Part shown: piece after piece, positions 1 through 12,788 of the stretch
Position numbering within the stretch: position 1 is the stretch's first letter
How the letters are laid out: each line of letters starts with the position of its first letter
From: Octopus sinensis
Taxonomy: Eukaryota
Length of the DNA: 64,000 nucleotides
Assembly (NCBI RefSeq): GCF_006345805.1
Contig: NC_043013.1
Span: 50,282,001-50,346,000, forward strand
Direction: 5' to 3'
Made by a program: the position numbers and the translations under genes
Notes under the pieces: model-generated
Databases searched by the model: none
What the model was told of the DNA's origin: nothing
The model's input: the letters and a program-made list of their open reading frames with translations, nothing else

Positions 1-215
1 TTCCATTATAACTTTGAAAACATAACTGTTAAAATCGAACTGCACTCTTCAAAACTGCACTAAGAATTAGTACAAGGTAAAATTACTACCCGCTTTTATA
101 GCAAGTTGATGCAGGTAGTTTATCCCGTCCCCCTCCAACATTTAGTTCATGCAGTTGATAAAATCTGCATTATTTATGAGATGACCCAATATACATTAAA
201 ACAAAAAGTTAAATT

Positions 216-603
216 GGATCTTTTCGGTTTGAACGGCAGTTTTTTCTAGCGGTGTCATATGAAATTGTCACCCATAATTATGACCCTAGTATTGATCTAT
301 TGCATTTCAATCTGTTTTAGGGTTAGGGTTAGAGGTTAGATGTAAATAAACCCAATCTGTTTCTTAAACGAGGGACATATACGCACAGAATGTTTTTTTT
401 TACCTCAATGGACGTCATTGATTGGTTGAAATTGCAGAAATTGAAGGAAAAGAACAACAAATATCTTATAAACTATAGAATTTTGTCAATAAAGCCAAGA
501 GAAAAAAATGTTTTATAAACACATTCTACCAGTATACGAAGTCTAAAATTTTTTAGTTACCTAGAAATTATGTTAAAAACTGCCGTTCAAACCGAAAAGA
601 TCC
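216..603. mobile_element. MITE with ~29-bp TIRs, 8-bp TSD and internal (TTAGGG)-like repeats
   Basis: Ends ggatcttttcggtttgaacggcagttttt ... aaaaactgccgttcaaaccgaaaagatcc. Flanks gttaaatt / gataaatt (7/8 match). Confidence 0.85.
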
Positions 604-649
604 GATAAATTCTCCTCTCAGAGTTACCAATGGTTTCGTATCCACAAAA

Positions 650-2372
650 GCCACAGCCTTCCATACGAAAATGTTACTGGAGAAAATGATAGACCTTTTA
701 AGGCGCACGAGGTGGAAGGCGTTTTTCTATGATCAAAGCATACCATCCGCCAAGGCCAACACGTACAGTATCAAGTCTAGGAAATTCCCACCTAGAATCA
801 AGGAACTTGTGAGGCCTTTGAAGTGGACCTACTAGGCATAATATCCAGATTGAAGTTCTTCAAGTTCTTTTCTCCTTTCCAAAACAAACTCCAGAAAGAT
901 ATACAAAAAATAAGAAACTCTATCAAGTCCTTTATCTTGGATAAGACTAAGAACTTATACATGATAGACTCATATATTTACGGTAGGCTTTTAAATAATT
1001 CTATTACACAAAAATACGGACGCGTTTCCTTACACACTTATAAATAACATTAACTGTGAAGCTAAACTGATAGCAATTAGCCTAGGTATAGCAGACAGAG
1101 TAGAGATCTTGGCCAAGAAAAATACCTTTATCACTTTAAAGGATCACAAGCTGAATTTTGCCTCTAGTCCCAAATGCCGACTGATCAACCCGGCCAAGTC
1201 CGAGATTGGCTAGGCAAGTAAGTATATACTAAGGAAGATTAATGATGACATAAGGAGGAACACAAGCCTCCCTCTATGGCACAGCTTTAATGAGGTGACC
1301 TCATGTTTTATTGCCAACCACAGGAGAGGCTGGGCGAGGCTTACACAGCGTGACATAGTTGACTTTTATCCATTAGTTTCAAAGGAGTTGTCAATGAGGG
1401 CACTTTCCTTTTTTAAGGGTTTCGTAGATATTAGTGGTAGTGATCTTAGCGTTATCATGCATGCTAGGAAGACGGTGCTGTTCAACAAAGAATTGGTGTG
1501 AGTCAAGCAATCTGACTCTGAGGCCTCCTTCGATGTGACTATGAGAGCCTATGACAAAGTCGATGTCTGTGATCTTATCGGACTGTACATCCTGGACATC
1601 TTAGGGAAGAGGTTTCCTTCAGTCCTCTTCAGTCTCAACAGAGATGACGCCCCAGCCATCTCTAGAGGAGCCAACGGGCACACACTAGATAGACTTAGAA
1701 AGGACCTGATTAGTGCCTTTGGCTCAATGACACTCAAGATCACGATTGGGACTTATCTCGCTACAGTAGATTTCCTGGATGTTAATTTAGATTTGGTGCA
1801 TACAGGCCCTATCACAAGCCAAATGAGAAACTGTCCTATATTAGCACAGCCTCCTGCCACCCCCTATAGTTTTCAAGAACCTAGTGAAGGGTGTAAAAAT
1901 GAGGATCTTGAATCTATCCTCTAGCCAAGATATCTTCAACACTGCTGCTCCCTACTACAACGAGGCACCTGTACCAAGTGGGTTTAAGGACTGCATTTCC
2001 TACATGCCAGGCCCTAGCACCTGGGAAAGGAAGTGCCACAGAAACATCGTTTGTTTTGCTCCACTCTTCTTGTTCAACATCAAGACTTGTGTGGGAAGGA
2101 TTTTCCTTGAATTAATAGATAAACATTTCACACGCATAGATACAGGCAATTATTTAACAGGCACAACCTAAGAGTCTCCTTTAGTTTTTCACCTAACATA
2201 AAAAGTATTTTAACAAGCACCTACAATACACAGGAGGAGGCAGGTTGCTCTTGCAGGGTATACAATAACTGTCCAGTAGGAGGCGAAAGGAGTCATCTAT
2301 GAAGCTATTGTGACACCTAGACCTGCTATCCTCATTACTAGCAATGTACCATCCAACATCAATAATATTAGA
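650..2372 (+). mobile_element. Decayed Penelope-like retroelement (RT and start of the GIY-YIG region), pseudogenised
   Basis: Broken frames give RRTRWKAFFY, FITLKDHK.NF...P.CRLINPAKSEIG, DIVDFYP, VIMHARK, FDVTM.AYD, NRDD (decayed YRDD), VDFLDVNLDL, RNIV.FAP.F..NIKT and CSC...CP..G..VIYEA. Confidence 0.85.
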
Positions 2373-2848
2373 CTAGCACTATGACCCGGCGTTGCCGAGT
2401 CTAGTGCTAGTCAAGCATATTTGGTCATTCATGAAAATCCCGCTCTCTTGTCATTCACTTAGTCTAACTCGTCAATCATTCCCTGCATTTCTCAAATCAA
2501 AAAAGAGTGCGCGTTTGAAAGCCAAAGAGGTGTGATACATAACAAAGGGAGATAAATGCAGAATTTTAAAGAGTTATTTCCCTTGCTATGGTTTACTATC
2601 TTTAGAGTAAACTGCTGGAGTTACGTCCTTTGTATTAAAGACTTTTGTTACCTGAAACATAAGGGGTCGATTTATCAATTTTTTTTAATGGCTTTCAGGG
2701 GTAACTGGGGAAATGAAAAGATCTTCACAACCACACTTGGACGGTTTTGAATGACCATAGAAAGTGCGAGCCCTCTAACCGAAAAATTGTCGATTTGTAT
2801 AAAGGATACACACACAGACAGACATTTTGCTGTTTATATATAGAGAGA
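2373..2848 (-). mobile_element. Non-autonomous Helitron-like element
   Basis: Minus strand A|TCTCTCTATATATAAA 5' end. 3' hairpin ctcggcaacgccggg followed by CTAG|T. Confidence 0.75.
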
Positions 2849-3024
2849 TTGACCTGGTCTCACACTATTACATCGCCACAGCCAGATATGCCGACCAGTC
2901 TGAGACCAGTGACACAGAGGAGGTAACCGACAAGGGGATAAACATAGAGGGGACAAACAAGGACAGACAAAGGGATTAAGTCGATTACCTACTTGCCAGC
3001 TGAACAATGCCACCGGCAGGAAAA

Positions 3025-3660
3025 CAATCCTCGCATTCTAAAGCTGTTTAGTGGCGGAAATGAGTGTCGGTAGCGTGCGAACAATTCTTGGCATCGATGA
3101 GAATTTTGTGGGTAGTTTTATCTGTGGGGCTTTCATGTCGAAGACTGGACAACATCTAGGATTCCTTGGTATGGCAGTGATTTAGTTAGGGTAGGGGCAT
3201 TACCTGTTCAAAAACAGGGCTCTGTATGCACGAAAGCGTCACGAGCCAAACAGGTTTGAGATGCGTGCGGAGCGACGAAATCGTACTGCAAGCTAACGTT
3301 CAATGTCAGTGAATTACCGCTCTGTGGGTTTGTATCGAACAGCTGTTGATGCGGGTAGGACGAATCTGGCTAACAGCTGGGTCTATAGCGAAAAATGAGT
3401 GCCCACCATTCTTTGGTAGGGGAGAGGTGCACAGCATTCTCTTACTGGAGACTACGGAAAAAGAAGCTATGTGGTGAAATCTTCTGAAACTGAAAGGCTC
3501 GAAGACAGGAGTTTTTTCTCTCTGGTCAAGCAATCATCAACTTTCTTAAGTATTAATTGATAATGAAAGTGAAAGTAGAGGGAAGTGTTGTCTTTTAATG
3601 TGTTTAACGAAAGATGAGTGACAGAGGCGAGACTGATAAAGCTGACAGGGAGCTACACTC
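3025..3660 (+). mobile_element. Old Tx1-like LINE 3' fragment
   Basis: Degenerate translation (C.RSDE.VL..NVQC, LW..IEQLL.RVGRI.L.A.SI) matches the ORF2 C-terminus of the element at 40261-46486. Confidence 0.7.
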
Positions 3661-3894
3661 AGTATTCTTTCCCAAGTAAGAAGAAAGAAACAAAAAAAAA
3701 AAAGGGGGTATACTTGATGCCTTAAGTATGGCAGAATAATAACCCAGGTTCTGCGTGGAGTCCCCGCCCCCACTCCGAATTATCCGGGGAGAACTAACTC
3801 GTTATTGGGGAATTTTCTTTGGTTAAAATTAAGTGGAAATTTTATTTTTATATCTTTTGTCATATCTTTTTTTAAAAATTTATATTGTTTATTA

Positions 3895-4110
3895 GAAGGT
3901 GGCGCGCTGGTAGAATTGGTATCAAACTGGACAAAATGCTTAGCGGCATTTCGTCCGTCCTTACGTTCTGGGTTCAAATTCCGACAAGGCCGAATTCACC
4001 TTTCATCTTTTCGGGGCCGATGAAATAATTTGCCAGTCAAATACTGGGGTCGATATAATCGACTGGCCCCTTCCTCCAAATTTCAGGCCTTATGCCTATA
4101 ATAGAAAGGA
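3895..4110 (+). mobile_element. tRNA-derived SINE (family ggcgagctggcagaa...cctttcggggtcgataaat)
   Basis: Homologous to the copies at 54990, 52450 and 61840 and to many fragments (20073, 20740, 22400, 22870, 23060, 25510, 31480). Confidence 0.75.
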
Positions 4111-4389
4111 TTATTATTATTGTTGTTGTTGTAGTAGATTGACAGAATCGGGTGAAAATCGGGCGAATTGCTTTACGTTGTTTAGTTACGTCGCTTTATT
4201 TCAAGTTGTCAGTGAGGTCAGGGAGGTCAGGGAGGTAGTTTTTCGTCTCTATGAAATCGATAAGATAAAGTATCGTCCATGAAGTAATAAGGTCGATGGT
4301 TTTAATCGGCTTTTTTCCTCCTCGAGAAACAACAACAACAACAACAACAACAGCAACAACAACAACGACAACAACACTGATAATAATGA

Positions 4390-4800
4390 TTACTTCTATT
4401 TGTCCCAGAGGCATCAGATGAGGAGGGCAGTACGAGGGGCAGTTTACAGTTTGTATGGTGGTTTACATAAAAGATGAGGTTAAGAGAAGCAGAGGGAAAA
4501 GGAGATTCAAGCGAAAAAAGTATACAAGGCCAATCAAGGAACCTCATAGATTCAGGATCACTCTGACCACCAAGGACAAAAGTTCTCGCCCATTTGTTGT
4601 TCTCCAATGTATGAGTGCATGCGTAGGGTAGACCCATTTACCCTAACCATCTTTGCCACAGTCACCCACATTTCCAGAAATTATCGGTGGGAGAGTACCT
4701 CCATCTCTAACTTCTCTTCTCTTTCAAAGTGGAACTTGAAAACGTCGATGAATCATTGGCCGAAGAGGGAAGTGGTTGTCCTCAATTCTTTTGCTCTCGG
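4390..4800 (-). mobile_element. Old Tx1-like LINE 3' fragment
   Basis: Minus translation FGQ.FIDVFKFHF...EVLS...W.TVAKMVR resembles the ORF2 C-terminus [13 protein letters not shown]...WVNVAKMVR. Confidence 0.6.
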
Positions 4801-4835
4801 CTATAATGCAACCTGTTTCGTCATTACCCCTAGAC

Positions 4836-4938
4836 TGCCCTGCCCTGCCCTGCCTGGTCCTGCCCTGCCTGGTCCTGCCCTGCCTGGTCCTGCCCTGCCT
4901 GGTCCTGCCCTGCCTGGTCCTGCCCTGTCCTGTCCTGC
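4836..4938. repeat. 15-bp GC-rich minisatellite (cctgccctgcctggt)n
   Basis: About 5-6 tandem units read directly. Confidence 0.9.
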
Positions 4939-5065
4939 CCGGCCCTACGTGGTTTGGAAGCAAGCTTCTTATCACACAGCTACACCTGCTCCTTCGTATT
5001 ATATTGTATCATCGCATCGTCCCGATACCGTCCCTGTTCGTTTTGTAAACCCTTAAGGGTTAATG

Positions 5066-5466
5066 AAAAAAATCGTTGTCGTCGTCGTCGTCATCATCAT
5101 CATCATCATCATCATCAACATCCTGATCACCACCACCACCACCATCATCATCATCTCATCATCATCATCATCATCATTATCGTCGTCGTCGCCGTCGTCG
5201 TCATCATCCTCATCATCATCACCACCACCACTACCACTACTATCATCATAATCATCATCATCAACAACATCACCATTATCATCCTCATCATCATCATCAT
5301 CATCAACATCATCATCATCATACTCATCATCATCATCACCACCACTACCACTACTATCATCATCATCAACATCATCGTCGTCGTCATCATCATCATCGTC
5401 ATCATCATCATCGTCTTCATCGTCGTCGTCGTCATCATCATCATCAACATCTTGATCACCACTACT

Positions 5467-5536
<70 letters not shown>

Positions 5537-5556
5537 ACATCAACGTCGTCGTCGTC

Positions 5557-5588
<32 letters not shown>

Positions 5589-5739
5589 TGGTTGTGTAGA
5601 ACGCCAAACGAATGTATTCTGGAGATCGATAAAATAAGAACCACTTAAATACTTACGTTTAATTCAATTAACAACTCCTGCAGTCCTAAACGATAAATGC
5701 CATCAGGCCATATGAGAAATTCTTCATCTACTACTACTA

Positions 5740-5832
<93 letters not shown>

Positions 5833-5880
5833 TTATTATTATTATTATTATTATTGTTATTATTATTATTATTATTATCG
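5066..5880. repeat. Compound trinucleotide arrays (CAT/CGT/CAC)n, then (CTA)(CTT)(ATT)n
   Basis: Read directly; source of the poly-Ile/Asp/Met ORFs. Confidence 0.95.
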
Positions 5881-6294
5881 ATAGTTCTCCCTCTAGGTTC
5901 TTGTCATGTGTTATTGCAAAACTCGAGAAAATATTTCGAAAAATCGATAAAATTTTTAGAAAGATCTTTCATTCATATTTTGAAAACAACGATTTATTCC
6001 AGAAATAATTCATAGAAAACATTCCCATATTTTCTTTCTTTCTTCCTTCCTTCCTTCCTTCCTTCCTTCCTTCCTTCTTTCCTTCATCTCTTCCTTCCTT
6101 TTAATGTATATGTATGTATTTATGCAGTTTTGCATGCATTGTACGCACGTTTTGATATTGTTAAATTTTTCTCACAATTGGAAAAATTGGAAAAATATCC
6201 TTGTTTTTAGCTTAGGAACAAGTAGCTTCCTTTGGAATTTGGCCAACTACTTCATTGATGTGTATATGTGTATATATACATATGTAAACATGTA

Positions 6295-6334
<40 letters not shown>

Positions 6335-6345
6335 ACTATATATAT

Positions 6346-6728
6346 AGGCGCAGGAGTGGCTGTGTGGTAAGTAGCTTGCTAACCAACCACATGGTTCCGG
6401 GTTCAGTCCCACTGCGTGGCATCTTGGGCAAGTGTCTTCTTCGACCAATGCCTTGTGAGTGGAATTGGTAGACGGAAACTGAAAGAAGCCTGTCGTATAT
6501 ATGTATATATATATATATGTGTGTGTGTGTGTTTTTCTGTGTTTGTCCCCCTAGCATTGCTTGACAACCAATTCTGGTGTGTTTACGTCCCCGTTACTTA
6601 GCGATAGAATAAGTACTAGGCTTACAAAGAATAAGTCCCGGGGTCGATTTGCTCGACTAAAGGCGGTGCTCCAGCATGGCCGCAGTCAAATGACTGAAAC
6701 AAGTAAAAGAGTAAAAGAGAGTAAAGAG
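6346..6728 (+). mobile_element. tRNA-derived CORE-like SINE (aggcgcaggagtggctgtgtgg...gaaacaagtaaaagag)
   Basis: A-box/B-box-like head, tgggcaagtgtctt core and internal (TA)(TG) tract. Multiple copies in the window. Confidence 0.8.
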
Positions 6729-6806
6729 TATATATATATATACATACACACACACACACACATGTATATATGTATATATATATATATATATATATAATAC
6801 ATACAT

Positions 6807-7371
<565 letters not shown>

Positions 7372-7726
7372 AATTATCATAGCATACTCATTATCCATTT
7401 TATCATAGAATAAAATGTTTTAGGTTTTGGTTAATGAAAGCTTACGCATTGATTGTTATATTTGATAGCAACATTTTACACAAAATTTACGATTCAAAAT
7501 GGTCTCCCTTTGCTATCTTCTTAGACTTTAATCTTTTCTCAACTGAAGTGTATGACTTATGTTTAGCTAACGAGTAAATGTAAATACCGTATATATATCC
7601 AAGTGAAGCGTGTTCATATCTTTCAATGATCCAACAGAGAAGTCATTGGCAAGTGGGGAGCCATTGAATGTTAAAACTTGCTCATTGATATCAAATCCAC
7701 CCAAATTGAAAGGCATGTTCTTGATA

Positions 7727-8327
7727 TCTTCTTTATATATAAAAGTCAAGTTGTGTGTCTGTCTCCTACGATTTAGATTCCTAACTACTCCCACATTTTG
7801 CGGTGCAGTTTAACCAAAACCGGGTATCTTATAGTCGTGATTTATATCGAGCCCTTCTGGGTATTAGCGCCCGTCTACGATGAGTCTACGATTTTAAAAA
7901 ATATTTACCATCATTTTTTCCATTTTAATGCATTTTTTCGCTATTATATAAGGGAAGTAACTCTCTAAAAATGTCTACGAACGAGTCAACGATTTTAAAA
8001 ATAATTTACCATCATTTTTTTCCATTTTAACGCATTTTTCGCTATTATATAAAGGAAGTAACTCTCTAAAAATGTCTACGATAAGTCTACGATTTTAAAA
8101 ATAATTTACCATAATTTTTTTTCCATTTTAATGCATTTTTTCGCTATTATATAAGGGAAGTAACTCTCTAAAAATGTCTACGATGAGTCTACGATTTTAA
8201 AAATAATTTACCATAATTTTTTTCCATTTTTAATGCATTTTTTGCTATATTTTGGCTATAACTCTCTAAAAATGCTTATATAGTTATTTCCCTTACAAAC
8301 CCGAGCAACGCCGGGCGATACTGCTAG
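7727..8327 (+). mobile_element. Non-autonomous Helitron-like element with internal ~101-bp tandem repeat (about 4 units)
   Basis: A|TC 5' end, cccgagcaacgccggg hairpin, CTAG|T 3' end. Units start near 7875, 7975, 8076 and 8178. Confidence 0.8.
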
Positions 8328-8339
8328 TCATAAATAGTT

Positions 8340-8735
8340 TCATTCCCCGTCAGACTGAGGGTATGAGTCTCAAACAGCTGTATTTTAGATCTATGTGGTG
8401 TTACACCGAGAAACGGCGGATAGAGAAAAAGAACGACATCCTCTTGATCCGATCGATGGCACAGAATGCACGTGAAATTAACGTGCAAGTGGCCGAGTAT
8501 TTCACAGACACGCGTGTCCTTAACGTAGTCTGCAGAGAGAGATTCACTGTGACACAGAATGCGACAAGACTGGCCCCTTTGAATTACAGGTACGAACTAC
8601 TTTTGCCAGCTGAGTGGACGGGAGCAACGTGAAATAAAGTGTCTTGCTTTAGGGCACAATGTATCACTGGGAATCGAACTCACAACCTTGTAATTGTGAG
8701 CCGAATACCCTAACCACTAAGCTATGCGTCTTCAC
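8340..8735 (-). mobile_element. tRNA-derived CORE-like SINE (second family)
   Basis: Minus head tagcttagtggttagg ... gagttcgattcc and core gcaagacactttatttcacgttgctcc. Homologous to 30925-31240. Confidence 0.75.
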
Positions 8736-8789
8736 ATTGTGTATATCATGTGTATTATAAATGAATACAAACAAACTAACATTTGTTTC

Positions 8790-9232
8790 GTTATATAAGC
8801 GCCGAAATGTGTATATAAATATAGATACGAATAAGACGATAATGTATTTTCGAACGTAGAGACACCGTTAGAATAGCAGAAACAGTGGGTAAATTAGGGG
8901 ACTCGAACCTATATCTCTTGAAGACTCCGGCCAAGTGCTTTACCATTAAGCTAAACTGCCAGCTGACAAATCAATCCGCTTTTTAAGCGCTTTTAAAACC
9001 AAATGTGCAACAACGTGTATATAAATATAAACAAACCGAATCCATATCTCTTAAAGCACTTGACTTGAGTCTTCAAGAGATATGGGTTCGAGTCCCATAG
9101 CTGGTTGTTGACAAATTTTTGCGTTTTGTAAGTATAATTTATCCAATGTTTCCCCTGTTTTAACGGCGTCTCTGCGTTCGAAAATAAATCATCGTCTTAT
9201 TTTGGATCTATATACATTTTTCAGTGCTTATA
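8790..9232. mobile_element. Foldback/MITE-like element with ~110-bp outer IRs and inner inverted tRNA-like modules
   Basis: The outer arms are reverse complements. ggggactcgaacctatatctcttgaagactc..aagtgcttta (~8898-8943) is inverted against taaagcactt..gagtcttcaagagatatgggttcgagtccc (~9052-9097). Confidence 0.7.
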
Positions 9233-9496
9233 TCTTTATATATAAAAGAGTGGTTGTGTGTCTGTCTCCTACGATTTAGATTCCTAACTACTCCCACATT
9301 TTGCGGTGCAGTTTAACCAAAACCGGGTATCTTATAGTCGTGATTCATATCAAGCCCTTCTGAGTATTAGTGCGCGTCTACGATGAGTCTACGATTTAAA
9401 AAAACTTTACTATCATTTTTTGGGCTATAACTCTCTAAAAATGCTTATATAGTTATTTCCCTTACTAACACGAGCAACGCCGGGCGATACTGCTAG
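9233..9496 (+). mobile_element. Short copy of the same Helitron-like family (one internal unit)
   Basis: A|TCTTTATATATAAAAG ... gagcaacgccgggcgatactgCTAG|T; near-identical to the ends of 7727-8327. Confidence 0.8.
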
Positions 9497-9810
9497 TTAC
9501 TTATATAAATTATCATCCTATTTGTATCTATGTTGGTATATCTACGAGTGTGTATGTGCGTTTACTGCATGCTAAACACCTGGAATGTTTCACATATTTC
9601 CAAAGTACTATTGACGGCTTGAAGTTGTAATTACTTAATCCACCGAGTAATGTTTGGTTTGGCGGAGCCCACTTTTTGAAGATCAGCGCAGAGGCACTTT
9701 GTTACACAACCAAGTATCCCGATATCCACAGCCGCAAATCTAAAATTTTAGTCTGGATAGAGGCAGCAGAGGTTTCTCGTTAGTCCGGCATAGTTGTTTT
9801 ATTTTTTACT

Positions 9811-10114
9811 GATGCCAGTGCCGCCTTGACTGGCTTCTGGGTCGGTGGCGCGTAAAAAGCACCATCCGATCGTGGCCACTTCCAGCCTCCTCTGGCACTT
9901 GTGCCAGTGGCACGTAAAAAGCATCCACTACACTCACGGAGTGGTTGGCGTTAGGAAGGGCATCCAGCTGTAGAAACACTGCCAGATCAGACTGGAGCCT
10001 GGTGCAGCCTCCTGGCTTCCCAGACCCTGGTCGAACCGTCCAACCCATGCTAGCACGGAAAACGGGCGTCAAACGATGATGATGATGATGATGATGATGA
10101 TAATGATGATGATG
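9811..10114 (+). mobile_element. Retroposon 3' tail with (GAT)n end (RTE-like SINE/LINE tail family)
   Basis: ggttggcgttaggaagggcatccagc...ccaacccatgctagca..aaacgatgatgat. Other copies at 11537-11865(-), 27885-28020(-), 28478-28613(-) and 55838-56065(-). Confidence 0.7.
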
Positions 10115-10393
10115 ATCTTTAACAATACTGTAATCGCCGACTATCATGGCCGTTACGTTCCAAAACCCACCATGATAGACGAAAATCTGCGAAGTAGAAA
10201 CAGTGCTACACTGTATATTTCTTAAAATCACTTTTATAATTTGCGTATATTTATTTTATTATAAACGCAAAACAACACCACGGAGGAATCGACGTAAGCT
10301 TAAATAACAAACCGCGATAGGTGAACCGCGATATGTCGAGGGATTACTGTGTCCAGGAAGCTCACCGGCATCAATGCATCGTTTTTTTTTTTC

Positions 10394-10800
10394 AATAAGT
10401 TAAGTTAATTTTTTGGCTCAAAAAGCAAAAAGCAAGGCCATGTAGAGGGACATGGAGTTATGTACTGGGAGGGTGTTCATGCAGAGAGTTCATGCCATTT
10501 CTGGTCAAGAGAGACTTTGAACCGAGCGGTCGTCGGCATCTTCACTATCTCGTCTGGCAGCTTATTCCACGGATCCGCAACCCGGACGGAGAAAGCCCCT
10601 CTTCTTCGAATGAGATGAAATCGTCACAGATAGAGCTTTTCGGAGTGACCCCGTAGCCGACGCTCTGGAGCAGGAGTGAAGAACAGCTCTTTCGAGAGGT
10701 TACACTTTCCGCTTATGATGTTGTGAGCAAGAATGAGATCACCACGGCGTCGTCGTTTTTCTAGAGAATAAAGGTCGGGCGTCTTCAGCCTTTCTTCTAA
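10394..10800 (-). mobile_element. CR1-clade LINE 3' fragment
   Basis: Minus translation LYSLEKRRRRGDLI...RGHSEKL...RRGAFSVRVADPWNKLP..IV...FKVSLD is the CR1 ORF2 C-terminal signature. Confidence 0.8.
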
Positions 10801-11134
10801 ACTCGTTTTTAATTATTAATGGCGAGACACTATGGATGTATTTTCTTGGTGAACTTTCTTCGTGCTGAACGTTTTTCACGGTAAATTGATGGCGGTGAAC
10901 TTACCTGTAAACTTAACACTATGTTAGCAATTGCTGGATATGTCCACCACTGTTTACAACAGCGCTTTTCTCTGGAGTGTTTTTTCTGAGTCCTTCACAA
11001 AAACATTCTATCATTATTCTTTCATATTGGTTTCAAATTTTAGCACAAGGCCAGCAGTTTCAGTGATGGGAGGAGGTGTTAATCGATTACATGGATATTC
11101 AGTTCTCAACAGGTGCTTATTTTAATACACTTCT

Positions 11135-11288
11135 ATATTCAAGAGATGAGGAATTATGTAAATTATTTACATTATTTACATTCGACGGATATTTGTCCTC
11201 ATCTTGTATTATTCAGGTCACTGCCTAGAATCGAACTCGGAATCTTGGGGTTAGTAGACCACCCTCTTAACCACTACGCCATATGCCC
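11135..11288 (-). mobile_element. tRNA-headed SINE, internally deleted, head-to-head with the next copy
   Basis: A box tggcgtagtgg and B box gagttcgattc, then the same tail (acaagatgaggacaaatatc..gtaaataatgt) as 11291-11532. Confidence 0.7.
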
Positions 11289-11290
11289 GT

Positions 11291-11532
11291 GGGCTAGTGG
11301 TTAAGCGCGCGGGTTACTGAGTTCAATTCTAGACAGTGACCTGAATAATAATAATAATAATAACAACAACAACAACAACGACATCGAAAAATACCTTAGG
11401 AATGAGAACAACCCATGTTCGAAATTTCCCCAAGACACCTGAAGAAGGCTGGAGGGTATATCAGCCGAAATGTTGTGTTAACAACAAACAAGATGTGGAC
11501 AAATATCTATCTACTGTAAATAATGTAAATAA
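11291..11532 (+). mobile_element. tRNA-headed SINE with a hammerhead-bearing (Penelope pLTR-like) tail
   Basis: Head ctagtggttaagcg..gagttcaattct, (AAT)(AAC)n linker, hammerhead motif, then tail ending (gtaaataat)2. Confidence 0.65.
11434..11479 (+). ncRNA. Minimal type-I hammerhead ribozyme motif
   Basis: Stem I gacac/gtgtt, CUGAAGA plus extra A, stem II ggctg/cagcc, GAAA, minimal stem III (a)tg(t) (probably CpG-decayed acgt), cleavage triplet GUU at ~11472-11474. Confidence 0.6.
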
Positions 11533-12240
11533 TGTATCATCATCATCATCATCGTTTAGTGTCCGCTTTCCATGCTAGCATGGGTTGGACGTTTCAACTG
11601 GGGTCTGGGAAGCCAGGAGGCTGCACCAGGCCCAGTCTGATATGGCAATGTTTCTACGGCTGGATGCCCTTCCTAACGCCAACCACTCCGTGAGTGTAGT
11701 GGGTGCTTTTTACGTGCCACCGACACAGGTGCCAGACGAGGCTGGCAAACGGCCACGGTCGGATGGTGCTTTTTACGTGCCACCGGCACGGAGGCCATGC
11801 GAGGCTGGTAACGGCCACGTTCGGATGGTTTTCTTACGTGCCCCCGGCACAGTCGACACTGGCAGCATTTGAACTGAGAAAGTAAAGACGGACGAAATGC
11901 CGCTAAGCATTTTTCCGGCGTGTTAACTAATCAGCTAGCTCCCCGTCTTTATTCTTTTTAAATTCATGATTATCCTATCCAAGGTTTGCGTTGAAAAGTG
12001 TTTTCCTTGCATCAGACGTCAGGGGCAGATAATATCGCGATGAGATTTTCAAACGGGAGGTCATGGCGTATTTTATTTTATTTTTCTTTAAATACCATTT
12101 TTAGTGATTATCAGAAAATAAGTAACACAAAAACAAGAACAGAATTCAGTGTATATGGAATCATTATTACTTTTTAACTTTTAAATACATGTCAATAAAA
12201 GTTACTTGTTTATTTTATGCTATATATATATATAATATAT

Positions 12241-12290
<50 letters not shown>

Positions 12291-12664
12291 ATAGCATATA
12301 GATAAAATATAATCATATATATGCATACATGTGTACATATATACATGTAGGTATATATATTATAATATACAAATAGGTATATATATTTATATATATATAT
12401 GCACATATATGTAGATATATATATATAGATATATATATAAATATCTCCATTATATATACATATATATATATATGTATATATATATAACATATATATACAT
12501 ATATATATACGATTATATATATGTTATATATATATAATATATATATATGATATGTATATATATACACACATATATATAATGTATGTCTATAATATGTCGA
12601 CTGCACTCGGATCAAGAAATATTATAGGTATGTATGTAAATATGAAGTTTATATATATATATAT

Positions 12665-12708
<44 letters not shown>

Positions 12709-12750
12709 CATATCTTATATATCATATTATATATATTTATATACATACAA

Positions 12751-12788
<38 letters not shown>

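Noticed and set aside
4607-5056. ORF with (PGPAL)n, superficially collagen/elastin-like
   Set aside because: It is produced by a 15-bp minisatellite joined to the antisense of a decayed Tx1 fragment, with no splice context.
4954-5637. Long poly-Asp/Ile/Met/His ORFs (also 50104-50785, 26102-26617, 59218-59827, 35443-36039 and many YI/LSIY ORFs)
   Set aside because: These are translations of microsatellites, open in several frames simply because the repeats lack stop codons.
7875-8270. Regular ~101-bp repeats that could be mistaken for a CRISPR array (also the 21-bp array at 57480)
   Set aside because: There are no unique spacers or cas genes; these are tandem units in a eukaryotic context.
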